From: Ylistrum balloti
Lineage: Eukaryota
DNA: 64,000 nt
NCBI RefSeq assembly: GCF_031769215.1
Contig: NW_026782110.1
Location: forward strand, 1-64,000
Reading direction: 5' to 3'
Shown: positions 30,985-43,772 of the stretch, piece after piece
Layout: every line of letters starts with the position of its first letter
How positions within the stretch are numbered: position 1 is the first letter of the stretch
The notes under the pieces: generated by a model
Databases searched by the model: none
The model's input: the letters and a program-made list of their open reading frames with translations, nothing else
Told to the model about the DNA's origin: nothing
Made by a program: the position numbers and the translations under genes

Positions 30985-33900
30985 AGTCAAGTTTCGTTGG
31001 ATCGGCGATTGTCACTTATGACGTCACAGCGGTTTCGAATTCACGGACGATAACTCGGGCAAGATTCTTTGATGCGATTTCAACCGAACATTTATTATTT
31101 CAACATTTCGAGAGAAACGACACACATATAACCTTTGAAAGTTATAAATATATTTAATTTAATAACCAGGGAACGTCATAAATAAGGAAATTTACAAAAA
31201 CAAAAGTGCATTTCGTTCACCTTTAAATACCTTCGGATACCGCGGTGGGTACAGATACCATGAAAGATCATGTCTATACTGAACAAACCACCTGCTTTTA
31301 TGGGGACAAGGTAGGATTGAAAATGTTCAGACAGTTAAAACAACATCGTTTTCTGACCAATAGTACGCGTTCAGCCCAAGCCAGGTGTCATCAGTCTCCT
31401 CATACTCAACGTGTTAATTGTATACCATCAGCCAAGCCTTTCATGCTTGTTAGGTCACCTGGGTAAATTTGTTTACTTAAGGTATTTACATGTGTTAGGG
31501 TCCCGCTCATTGTGGTTTCCTAATTATCAATGGATCAGACCACATCAAATGTTTCGTCGCAGTGACCAGTCAATTAATTTTTCTGTAGATTTTTTTTTAA
31601 ATCTGATCTCCAAAAAGTACCTGCGCACCACGAAGGAACGACACGCAACTTCAAAACTATTACTACATATCGATATAGGACCTCGAGAGTCGTATGATGT
31701 TCCTGAAATACCTTGTCTTTTCGAACGCGGAACCTTCAGTTTTGCCATAACTTGTCCCAGGGGTACCGGGAGTGATAGTGAGAGTAACCTCTTCTGGAGT
31801 ATCGAGGATGTATGGCCAGTTGAGTTGTTAAAACTGACATTCGATTGAAATAATACTATCAGTGCGACGTACATTCGTTACAGTCATCGTTTTCTTCATT
31901 TCCTGCCGACAATTTCCTATTCCACTTTTATCTACATACATCTAAAGCTGTTTGATGTTACTACAAGCTGCATGTACGTATAACCAGAGACGTATATATC
32001 ACAGAGAAAGACGTCTTGATTAAGACGATAGAAATATGTGTTGACAAATTCAGCTGCCCTCGAGAAAACAATATGGCGATAAAATTAGCGTTACCTGTGA
32101 TTCGGAACATATCTTAATCGACACTCCAGCTTATAGGCTTAATCCCGAAGGACTCCAAATAGGTGTGATATCTTTCTGTGTTGAGTGATAATTGGTTAGC
32201 GGACATTGTATCGTCACCGTGAAGTACCATTTACCTGTATTAATCATACACCACAGATCAGTATTGTCGTCACACTGGGAGCTAATTCATTATAAGGTAG
32301 GCTTATTGTTTCTATTTAATAGTGTTACGTTGCACATGTCTTTAAAAGTTTTCAATAGAATTTCAACGGGTCCAATATAGAAACCTCGTATACAGTACAA
32401 CAAACCTGTTCGATGTTCATTAGCATTACTCAGAGACTACAGATCATCCTCACAATGTGGCAGCCATTTACTGTTTCATACATTAGCACAGTACATACGG
32501 TAACTTTACGATACGACTTAGCCAGAGGACAGAACCTTAAGACTTCATCACATAGCTAACGTTCAACTAGAGACCACAAGAGTGGCAGCGTCAAGTGAGG
32601 AACTAGGAAAAATAAGTCTCCAGTTTGATTGTCTGTAACGATCATGTTGTGGAGGCAGCAGGCACAGTTGTAATGAAAAAGGGGTAGTTATTTTGGGGTA
32701 CACAGCTGCATACACTGTTGACAGACCCAAATACACGTATCCTAATATGCAATCGCGTTGGTTTTTTATGCCTCCGTATTGTTTCCCATTGTTTGTAGAC
32801 CCAGGCTTACATTGTAGACACATATCTATTACCTCCTAATAGTTCATTGTGTTAGTGTAGTAAATGAATTAACTACATGTATATACATGTATTGCAAACA
32901 CAGCGAGTTCTCGGAACGTCTTTCAGTGTTTTCTGTGTACGTACATGTTCGTTCATAGACGATATACACCGTGCCTTCAGTCAATGAATTAATTTCCGCG
33001 ACGTAATTTCGATATTTTTAACATTATCTGCGGGACCTTATGTAGAATATTATATTGGTTTAATGATGACACTCTTTTCGTGTCACTTTTTTAATTGCCA
33101 ACATTTATAGTACTTTTTGTGCTATCTGATTGGCCAACTGTTGAAGTGTCATGATTTTACCATTTCCTAGTTAGTTCACGGAAGTTGCGATAACCTGCTT
33201 GCAACTTTTTACGGATTGATTAGAATAACGACACGGTTGATTCAGGATATGCACGTGAAACACCATGAAATTTATTTAGTTATTGGGCTAGTGAGATTTC
33301 TCTTGACCATTTTTTCTCGTTCGCTTCCTCCATATTAAAGTCTCAACACTGTAGGTCCATATAGCATCAATATAAATATAAACTTTATTTCGAACCTCAG
33401 ACGTCTAGGAGTAAGGCGAGTGCTTTACCATAGTGCCAGCCGACCCCCCCCCCCCCCCCCTCAGTGACATCAATGATGAGTCATAGAAAAAAACAAAATA
33501 CAGACACCAGAATTTTAAGAATTAAGTGTATCCTTTTGCGAATGTTAGGTAGTAAAGGTTATAAGGTACTAGAGATGCGTTTCCCTCCTTTTCCGTGGTC
33601 GACGACATGTAATCTCTATATACCTATCACTTCCACATGGGACCGGGGTTTTCCACATGGGACCGGGGTTTTCCACATGGGACCGGGGTTTTTCATTGTG
33701 ACGATTGAACTAGCACCAATGATACAAGGACTAGAACAGTTCTCAGTGAGACGGTAATTAGTGTTAGCTACTGCACTGTACCGCTATCGTCATGGACACG
33801 TTATATTGCACAAAAAACCAACATATTTTCCAGAGTGATGGTGAATAGTATAATTTATTACCACGTGCTAATTTAACCATAAAATATCAACTTTCATTAT

Positions 33901-34247
33901 ACCTAATCTTTGTGAATATCATAGATTTATTGGTATATCACAAACATGTTACATATTTCCCCATTCATATATGTGTATTAGCGTGTTCATGTACACATAG
34001 TACATGTATATAATAGCTTTTGTATCATATCTGAAAATGTTATTATTAAAGAAATGTACAAAGTTTGATTGAAATGCTCACTACCGTGTATGAAATACAA
34101 CTGTTATTCATACAACAATATGTACTTCATTTATTCGGATGAGTTCTGTATTATAACACGATAAAAATAGAGATGTACTTATTTCAAGCTTGTCATGCTG
34201 TCATGTTGAAGTTATAGTTATTGTTTGAACATGTAGATCCAGCAACG

Positions 34248-37200
34248 ATGGTGCGACGAACGCCGGCTATCATCGGATGCATCTTTACAGCACTTTGTGA
34301 CGCCATCGTAGCAACACTGCTATTTGGACATTGTAACCAAATATACCACAGATTTTCCACAGCAACAGCTCAATTTTCCATCCTCGATTCCACATTTGAG
34401 CTATGGTGGTTTGGTTTGGTTCGTTGTTTCGTCCTCTTAGGATTAACGCTAGCGGTCTTGCGACATCCATTAGAAGCGATCACACGAATACAGAAGCTGG
34501 AAGAAGGCGCCGTTTGTTTTCTTATTTTGATGGGAATATATGACCTTGTAAAACTGTTAATACTGTCCGATGATTCACTGAAATTATATGACAAGTGGTT
34601 TTGGGCCCAGTTCTCGTGGTGTCTGATGGGATGCGTTCTATTCTATATACATTACTGTGCACTAGGAAAAATTAAACTGCTGACAAACGGAGTTCTTTTA
34701 CAAAACGACTATGTACGAATTAACGATGATGAAAACGACACAGAGGAAAGGAAACCTCTTTTGTCTTCTTCGTCCTCTTCAAAAAGGAAGTCAGCATCAA
34801 ACGACAGCGATGACGATGATAATGAAGACAGCGACGATGAGTCTTCAGAAGCCAGATCTATTGCCGAGAAGAGAGCGACAGTTCTGAGATTGTTCTCGTA
34901 TTCCAAACCGGATCTAGGTTACATCATGGGGGCATTCATATTCTTGGTGATTGCGGCAGTTGGTAAGTCTAGTGAAGTCCATCATATCTACTAGAGTTTA
35001 TCTTCACTGTGTGGTGACTGATTCGGAACATCGTAATACTATGGTGACTGATTCGGGACATCGTAATACCGCTTTTTTAATGGAACGCGATATTGCGAGA
35101 CCATGATACGGCGAAGTGAGACTACGATACGGTGAAGAGAGACCGCGTAGCGAGACTGCGATACGGCGAAGCGAGACCACGATACGGCGAAGTGGGACTA
35201 CGATACAGCGAAGTGAGACTACGATACGGCGAAGAGAGACCGCTATACGGCGTAGCGAGACCGCGTTACGGCGAAGCGTGACCGCGATACGGCGTAGCGA
35301 GACTGCGATACGGCGTAGCGAGACCGCGATACGGCAAAACATCAGAAATAGGTGGCATAATAATGCTTTATTATATGTACATCAATTGATCGTTTTCAAT
35401 ATTACAGTTGTTGAGCTATATCTCAACAGTAGATATTTCACGAGGGATATTTATTCGACATTAAGTATTACACGCGGGATATTTATTCGACATTAAGTAT
35501 TACACGTAAGATATTTATTCGACATTAAGTATTACACGTAAGATATTTATTCGACATTAAGTATTACACGTAAGATATTTATTCGACATTAAGTATTACA
35601 CGTAAGATATTTATTCGACATTAAGTATTACACGAGGGATATTTATTCGACATTAAGTATTACACGCGGGATATTTATTCGACATTAAGTATTACACGCG
35701 GGATATTTATTCGACATTAAGTATTACACGAGGGATATTTATTCGACATTAAGTATTACACGTAAGATATTTATTCGACATTAAGTATTACACGTAAGAT
35801 ATTTATTCGACATTAAGTATTACAAGTAAGATATTTATTCGACAATAAGTATTACGTGTAAGATATTTATTCGACATTAAGTATTACACGAGGGATATTT
35901 ATTCGACATTAAGTATTACACGAGAGATATCTATTCGACGTTAAGTATTACACGAGGGATATTTATTCGACATTAAGTATTACACGAGGGATATTTATTC
36001 GACAATAAGTATTACATGTAAGATATTTATTCGACATTAAGTATTACACGAGGGATATTTATTCGACATTAAGTATTACACGAGAGATATCTATTCGACG
36101 TTAAGTATTACACGAGGGATATCTATTCGACATTAAGTATTACACGAGGGATATTTATTCGACAATAAGTATTACATGTAAGATATTTATTCGACATTAA
36201 GTATTACACGAGGGATATCTATTCGACAATAAGTATTACACGAGGTTATTTATTCGACATTAAGTATTACACGTAAGATATTTATTCGACATTAAGTATT
36301 ACACGTAAGATATTTATTCGACATTAAGTATTACAAGTAAGATATTTATTCGACATTAAGTATTACACGTAAGATATTTATTCGACATTAAGTATTACAC
36401 GTAAGATATTTATTCGACATTAAGTATTACAAGTAAGATATTTATTCGACATTAAGTATTACACGCGGGATATTTATTCGACATTAAGTATTACACGAGG
36501 GATATTTATTCGACATTAAGTATTACACGTAAGATATTTATTCGACATTAAGTATTACACGTAAGATATTTATTCGACATTAAGTATTACACGTAAGATA
36601 TTTATTCGACATTAAGTATTACACGAGGGATATTTATTCGACATTAAGTATTACACGTAAGATATTTATTCGACAATAAGTATTACACGAGGGATATTTA
36701 TTCGACATTAAGTATTACACGTAAGATATTTATTCGACAATAAGTATTACACGTAAGATATTTATTCGACAATAAGTATTACGTGTAAGATATTTATTCG
36801 ACATTAAGTATTACATGTAATATATTTATTCGACAATAAGTATTACACGAGGGATATTTATTCGACATTAAGTATTACACGTAAGATATTTATTCGACAT
36901 TAAGTATTACACGAGGGATATTTATTCGACATTAAGTATTACACGTAAAATATTTATTCGACAATAAGTATTACACGTAAGATATTTATTCGACATTAAG
37001 TATTACACGAGGGATATTTATTCGACATTAATTATTACACGTAAGATATTTATTCGACAATAAGTATTACACGTAAGATATTTATTCGACATTAAGTATT
37101 ACATGTAATATATTTATTCGACAATAAGTATTACACGAGGGATATTTATTCGACAATAAGTATTACACGAGGTTATTTATTCGACATTAAGTATTACACG

Positions 37201-40200
37201 TAAGATAATTTTCGACAATAACTATAATAAGTGAGATATTTATTCTGTAATGAATAATGCGAATAAAATATTTATTCTACTGCATTTATTTCAAGTGATG
37301 TATCTATTCTACAACAACTTTAACAGATGAGATACATACTCTACTTAAACTTATACAGGTGAACTAATTATTCTATATTAAGTATTACAGGTGATACATT
37401 TATTATACAATAACTATTACAGGTGAGATATTTATTCCCTACTATACTGGACAGGTAGTGGATGGAATAGTGATTGACAAATCCAAGGCTAGATTTACAC
37501 AAGCCATAATCTATGTGGTCGTCATCTCGACAGGAAGGTGGGTATTAACATGGATTCGTAAAGTACATTAAAGTTAGGACCAGTATTTCAACATACGTTC
37601 TTCATGTTCATTGTTATTATGTGCCAGTACATCGCTGGTTCTTAGTGGTCATGTTCAAGTGCAAAAATTTGTAAAGTTGTCATGTTCAGGGCCCTGATTT
37701 TTCATGCTATCCTTTATATTATACATTTTATTATCGGCCGTTCAGTAAATCACCTATATCAGATTAGTACTCTTGTTACTACAGTGCGATTGCCAGTGGT
37801 CTGAGAGGAGGTCTGTTTTCCGTCGCAATGGCTAGACTAAACGTTCGCATCAGGAATCTACTCTTCTCCAGTATCATTGATCAGGAAATTGGATTTTTCG
37901 ATAGTGTCAAAACCGGTATGTAAACTCGAACTTTACCTCGGAAGTTCAAATTCATAAGCTATACAAGACAGCTGATACCATCCAAATATCACGTCGATTA
38001 AAGGTACATAACATGCTGCCTTACTTCTGCCAGTATTGGAAATATTAAAGATAGCATGTCCAAACTGAACGCAGACATTATTTATAAATTTTGGCAATAT
38101 TTATGTATTTTGCAAGTATGTATCGGCAGCATTACGCCCAGACTCGTGTGTGACATTGTTGTTTTGTATTTTATGATGTAAAGGTGACATCACGTCCAGA
38201 CTGACGTCCGACACCACGGTTATGAGTGATACGGTCACCCTGAACATTAACATCTTCCTGCGTAGTCTCATACAGGCAGTGGGTGTGATCGTGTTTATGG
38301 TGAAGCTGTCTTGGCGCATGAGCATACTATCTATTATTGTCCTTCCGCTTGTGTTTGGTGTTTCAAAGGTCTATGGCAAGTATTACAAGGTCAGTGTTAG
38401 GCTCATACTTGTTGCAAAAAAAGAAATGTTCACAAAAAATGATCAATGCAATTAACTACAGGAAAAATCAACCCACGTTTTACTCAGTGTTATGCACCCT
38501 GCTTTAAGTGAAATATATTTTGCAGACGCATTGAACCGAGTTGAATTTCCAACATGGAATGCTTATATACATCTACATGTTGGCTCCTTTATTTTACTGT
38601 AGAGACTCTCAAAGCAAGTTCAGAACCGGCTTGCCAAGGCCAATGAAGTAGCGGAAGAGGCGTTTACAAGCATGCGTACCGTGAGAAGCTTTGCCAATGA
38701 AAGTTACGAGAAATCTCGTTATTATTCTAATCTGATGCGCATGTATAAAGTGAAAAAGAAGCAGGCAGTGTTCTATGCTGGATACGTGTGGACGAACAAG
38801 GTATGTAAGTTATTCGTCAGTTCTCTCATTTGATAAATATTGTGGCATGTCGGTTCATATCTCTGTCCATTTTTATCTCGAAAAAGAAACCGGATTAAGT
38901 ACTGAATAGAGTTTCTGCTGTTGTTGTAGTTGTTCGAGCTGATACTGACGGCATCGGTATTGTATTACGGCGGACATCTGGTGGTAAATGCTAAATTAAG
39001 TGGTGGTAATCTCGTCTCGTTCATCCTCTACCAATTGCAACTTGGAGAATGCATAGACGTAAGTTGGTTAAAACAGGAGAGATAATTATTTCTGTTTTCT
39101 GATGATGAACCATTGTCGACATCCTTAGCTTTGTACACCTTTTTGTGAAAGTGACAGGAGCATACCGTGTTCTCCTGTTCCCGTGTTCTTCTGTTCCGTG
39201 TTCTTCTTTTCCCGTGTTCTTCTTTTCCGTGTTCTTCTTTTCGCGTGTTCTTCTGTTCCGTGTTCTTCTGTTCCCGTGTACTTTTGTTCTGTGTTCTTCT
39301 GTTCCCGTGTTCTTCTTTTCCGTCTTCTTCTGTTCCTGTATGCTTCTTTTCCCTTTTTCTTCTGTTCCGTGTTCTTCTTATCGCGTGTTCTTCTTTTCCG
39401 TCTTCTTCTGTTCCTTTATGCTTCTTTTCCGTTTTCTTCTGTTCCTGTATGCTTTTTTCCCTTTTTCTTCTGTTTCGTGTTCTTCTTTTCGCGTGTTCTT
39501 CTGTTCCGTGTTTTTCTGTCCCGTGTTCTTCTGTTCCCATGTTCATCTGTTCCGTGTTCTTCTTTTCGCATGTTTTTCTTTTCGCGTGTTCTTCTGTTCC
39601 CGTGTTCTTCTGTTCCGTGTACTTTTGTTCTGTGTTCTTCTGTTCCCTTTTTCATCTGTTCCTGTGTTCTTCTGTTCCTTGTTCTTTTCGCGTGTTCTTC
39701 TGTTCCCGTATTCTTCTGTTCCGTGTTATTCTTTTCGCGTGTTCTTCTGTTCCCGTGTTCTTCTGTTCCGTGTTCTTCTGTTCCGTGTTCTTCTGTTCCC
39801 GTGTTCTTCTGTTCCGTGTTCTTCTGTTCCCGTGTTCTTCTGTTCCGTGTTCTTCTGTTCCGTGTTCTTCTTTTCCCGTGTTATTCTGTTCCCATGTTCT
39901 TCTGTTCCCGTGTTCTTCTGTTCCGTGTTATTCTGTTCCCATGTTCTTCTGTTCCCGTGTTCTTCTGTTCCGTGTTCTTCTGTTCCGCGTTCTTCTGTTC
40001 CGTGTTCTTCTTTTCCCCGTGTTATTCTGTTCCCGTGTTCTTCTTTTTCCGTGTTCTTCTGTTCCGTGTTCTTCTGTTCCCGTGTTATTTTATTCCGTGT
40101 TCTTCTGTTCCGTGTTCTTCTGTTCCGTGTTCTTCTTTTCCCCTGTTATTCTGTTCCCGTGTTCTTCTTTTCCCCGTGTTATTCTGTTCCCGTGTTCTTC

Positions 40201-43200
40201 TGTTCCGTGTTCTTCTGTTCCCGTGTTATTCTTTTCCCGTGTTCTTCTGTTCCGTATTCTTCTGTTCCGTGTTCTTCTTTTCCCCGTGTTATTCTGTTCC
40301 CGTGTTCTTCTTTTTCCGTGTTCTTCTGTTCCGTGTTCTTCTGTTCCCGTGTTATTCTATTCCGTGTTCTTCTGTTCCGTGTTCTTCTTTTCCCGTGTTA
40401 TTCTGTTCCCGTGTTCTTCTTTTTCCGTGTTCTTCTTTTCCGTGTTCTTCTGTTCCCGTGTTATTCTATTCCGTGTTCTTCTGTTCCGTGTTCTTCTTTT
40501 CCCGTGTTATTCTGTTCCCGTGTTCTTCTTTTCCCGTGTTCTTCTGTTCCCGTGTTCTTCTGTTCCGTGTTCTTCTTTTTCCGTGTTCTTCTGTTCCGTG
40601 TTATTCTGTTCCCGTGTTATTCTATTCCGTGTTCTTCTTTTCCCGTGTTATTCTATTCCGTGTTCTTCTGTTCCCGTGTTATTCTGTTCCGTGTTCTTCT
40701 TTTCCCGTGTTATTCTGTTCCGTGTTCTTCTTTTCCCGTGTAATTCTGTTCCGTGTTCTTCTGTTCCCGTGTTATTCTATGCCGTGTTCTTCTGTTTCGT
40801 GTTCTTCTGTTCCCGTGTTATTCTATTCCGTGTTCTTCTGTTCCCGTGTTCTTCTGTTCCGTGTTCTTCTGTTCCCGTGTTATTCTGTTCCGTGTTCTTC
40901 TTTTCCCGTGTTCTTCTGTTCCGTGTTCTTCTTTTCCCGTGTTCTTCTGTTCCCGTGTTCTTCTTTTCCCGTGTTCTTCTGTTCCCGTGTTCTTCTGTTC
41001 CGTGTTCTTCTTTTTCCGTGTTCTTCTGTTCCGTGTTCTTCTGTTCCCGTGTTATTCTATTCCGTGTTCTTCTTTTCCCGTGTTATTCTATTCCGTGTTC
41101 TTCTGTTCCCGTGTTATTCTGTTCCGTGTTCTTCTTTTCCCGTGTAATTCTGTTCCGTGTTCTTCTGTTCCCGTGTTATTCTATTCCGTGTTCTTCTGTT
41201 TCGTGTTCTTCTGTTCCCGTGTTATTCTATTCCGTGTTCTTCTGTTCCCGTGTTCTTCTGTTCCGTGTTCTTCTGTTCCCGTGTTATTCTGTTCCGTGTT
41301 CTTCTTTTCCCGTGTTATTCTGTTCCGTGTTCTTCTTTTCCCGTGTAATTCTGTTCCGTGTTCTTCTGTTCCCGTGTTATTCTATTCCGTGTTCTTCTGT
41401 TTCGTGTTCTTCTGTTCCCGTGTTATTCTATTCCGTGTTCTTCTGTTCCCGTGTTCTTCTGTTCCGTGTTCTTCTTTTCCCGTGTTATTCTGTTCCCGTG
41501 TTCTTCTTTTCCCGTGTTATTCTGTTCCCGTGTTCTTCTGTTCCCGTGTTCTTCTGTTCCGTGTTCTTCTGTTCCGTGTTCTTATATTCCCGTGTTTTTT
41601 CTGTTCCCGTGTGCTTCTGTTCCCGTGTTCTTTTTTTTCCCTGTTATTCTGTACCCTGCTATTCTGTATCATGCTTCTTTGATAATCATAACGTTAATGT
41701 TTTTAATGAAGGACAATATGTCACCAACAAATTAACGATAAGACACTCGTACATTGGCTGTGTTGATTTATAAGCATACTGTCCAAATGCAGCATGAATT
41801 ATTCTGATCAAGAACGTAGTTGACAGCCGTTTTCCTGTTAATGACTGATTTTATCTCCGCAGAGTATCGGCAATGTATACACAGGATTAATGCAAGCTGT
41901 TGGAGCATCACAGAAAGTGTTCGAGTATATGGACCGTGTTCCAAAAATCATAAACAATGGAACTTTGGCGCCACATTTTGTTCAGGGGAGAATCGAGTTC
42001 AGAGACGTTACTTTTGCATACCCCACTCGAAATGACACTCCCATTTTGAAGGTGAAATGAAGGAGTATGATATATATTGCATACTTACTTGCCAGTGATC
42101 AATTTACACTGTACACCTCCCACTTTTTGTAAGGAGTTTGGAGTAGATTAATATTTCTTCCATGCAAATCTGACGTATGCGACAAGAGTTTCTCTTTTCA
42201 TATTTGAAGCAATGTATTTCGTAAGAAGTTTTCCAAAGTTGTCTACCGTCCTTAGTAAATCAATGACAACGTTTGCTGGTATTTTTCTATAGAGATCAAC
42301 GTGACGATAATCTTGAGGAAATAATATCAATAATATTTAGAATATTCAAACAGTATTCTGTTTTCCAAAGTTGTCTACCGTCCTTAGTAAATCAATGACA
42401 ACGTTTGCTGGTATTTTTCTATAGAGATCAACGTGACGATACTCTTGAGGAAATAATATCAATAATATTTAGAATATTCAAACAGTATTTTGCACGTTCC
42501 AGAATGTGTCGTTCTCCGTGGCTCCAGGAGAGGTGGTGGCCATTGTAGGTCCCAGTGGAAGTGGTAAAACTTCGTGCATTAATCTCCTGGAACACTTCTA
42601 TGAGGCATGCACAGGTTCAGTGTTACTGGACAGCCAGCCAATACAGAGTTACGACCACACCTACCTACATACAAAGGTATGATAAAAACACCGGTATATA
42701 CAGGTCACGAAGTATTATGGGATCTCATACTCAAAGAAGAAATCAGCACGAGTATAAAGTGTTAGATTATGATAGAACCACGATATCGTACGTAACAAAA
42801 TGTGATAAAATATTGATAATTATTCTACAGGTGGCTCTAGTTGGTCAGGAGCCTGTGCTTTATGCGCGATCACTCAAGGACAACATTCGATGCGGCCTTT
42901 CAGAGGAGCATTATGAGATGGAACGCGTGATAAGAGCAGCAGGTTTAGCCAACGCCCACCAATTTATCATGGAAATGAAGAAAGGATATGATACCCAGGC
43001 TGGGGAGAAGGGGCTGCAACTGTCAGGTAGGGCTGCATATTTCACTGTGTAGTTCCTGGTTATAACGGTTTTCTTTTACATTATTCATGAAGAAAAAAAT
43101 TATAGTTAGGTGATATATACGAAATAATAATTATTAAGTATATTAAAATCTGAAGTTACAAAAAAGTTTTGTGTACCAACCGTTTTTTTGTTTTTGTTTT

Positions 43201-43772
43201 TGTTTTTGTTATTGCAAAAGGAGGACAAAAACAGAGGGTTGCCATAGCACGTGCGCTTATTAGAAACCCTGCAATTTTGTTATTGGATGAGGCGACAAGT
43301 GCACTTGACTCTGAATCCGAACATATTGTAAGTACCAAATTCACTCGGTAACACCTTTTCATTAATCTTGTACTACAATGTCAAGATCACTAATGCAATA
43401 GGGAACATCGGAATATTTCACATTGATTCTGCTAACACCACAGATCAATTATATTTTTGCTTATGATGGCTCTACTTTTGCTCTGTGGTCTTGTTAGCTC
43501 GTGTTGCGATAGTTGGAAGTGAAAACAATATGAGAAGTTTTGTTTATTTCTTATTCATTTCATAGGTTCAGCAAGCAATCTACAAGAACTTGCAAGGGAA
43601 GACAGTAATCATCATAGCTCATCGACTAAGCACAGTTGAGAAAGCTGACCGTATTATTGTCATCGAAAAAGGCCGATTGGTTGAGCAAGGATCGCATTCG
43701 GAACTCCTCTCTAGGAAAGGACTATATGCCAAGCTTGTTAAAAGACAATTGAAAGAAACTCGTTCATCCTAA
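34248..43772 (+). CDS. ABCB9: ABCB9/TAP-like half ABC transporter (TMD0 + TMD + NBD), 788 aa, 11 coding exons
   Basis: Exons 34248-34962, 37423-37537, 37785-37915, 38184-38389, 38603-38800, 38930-39058, 41863-42051, 42503-42676, 42831-43026, 43221-43327, 43566-43772 sum to 2367 nt with no internal stop. Walker [10 protein letters not shown]-loop [27 protein letters not shown]. Exact orthology (ABCB9 vs TAP-like) was not tested. Confidence 0.9.
35100..35335. repeat. 21-bp CpG-rich minisatellite (~11 copies, GAGACCGCGATACGGCGWAGC)
   Basis: Directly visible in ABCB9 intron 1. Confidence 0.93.
35442..37422. repeat. 32-bp minisatellite, ~55 homogeneous plus ~7 diverged units
   Basis: Unit GTAAGATATTTATTCGACATTAAGTATTACAC (variant GAGGGATA...). 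The register continues into the exon-2 acceptor. Confidence 0.97.
39165..41660. repeat. 15/16-bp pyrimidine-rich satellite (CCGTGTTCTTCTGTT[C])n, ~2.5 kb
   Basis: Directly visible in ABCB9 intron 6. Confidence 0.97.
42229..42492. repeat. 132-bp tandem duplication in ABCB9 intron 7
   Basis: TTTTCCAAAGTTGTCTACCG... starts at 42229 and again at 42361. Confidence 0.95.

Larger units (their letters stand above)
25028..31222 (+). mobile_element. Full-length Kolobok DNA transposon (6195 bp)
   Basis: TTAA flanks at 25024-25027 and 31223-31226; imperfect TIRs AGGTGAnnGAAA; THAP-DDE transposase plus a convergent KolX gene. Confidence 0.9.

Noticed and set aside
25028-31222. KolobokP-type architecture (long terminal direct repeats, His-Me nuclease)
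   Set aside because: The ends are short inverted repeats with no long direct repeats, and the second gene is KolX-like.
31545-32823. Minus-strand ORFs 31545-31874 and 32563-32823 as exons of a gene
   Set aside because: No recognisable domain, and no consistent splice model could be built.
33388-33443. tRNA gene on the - strand
   Set aside because: Only degenerate A/B-box-like motifs and no cloverleaf; at most a decayed SINE head.
39028-41773. Very long Cys/Phe/Val/Ser-rich ORFs (up to 868 aa)
   Set aside because: An artefact of a stop-poor satellite inside an intron whose flanking exons splice in frame.
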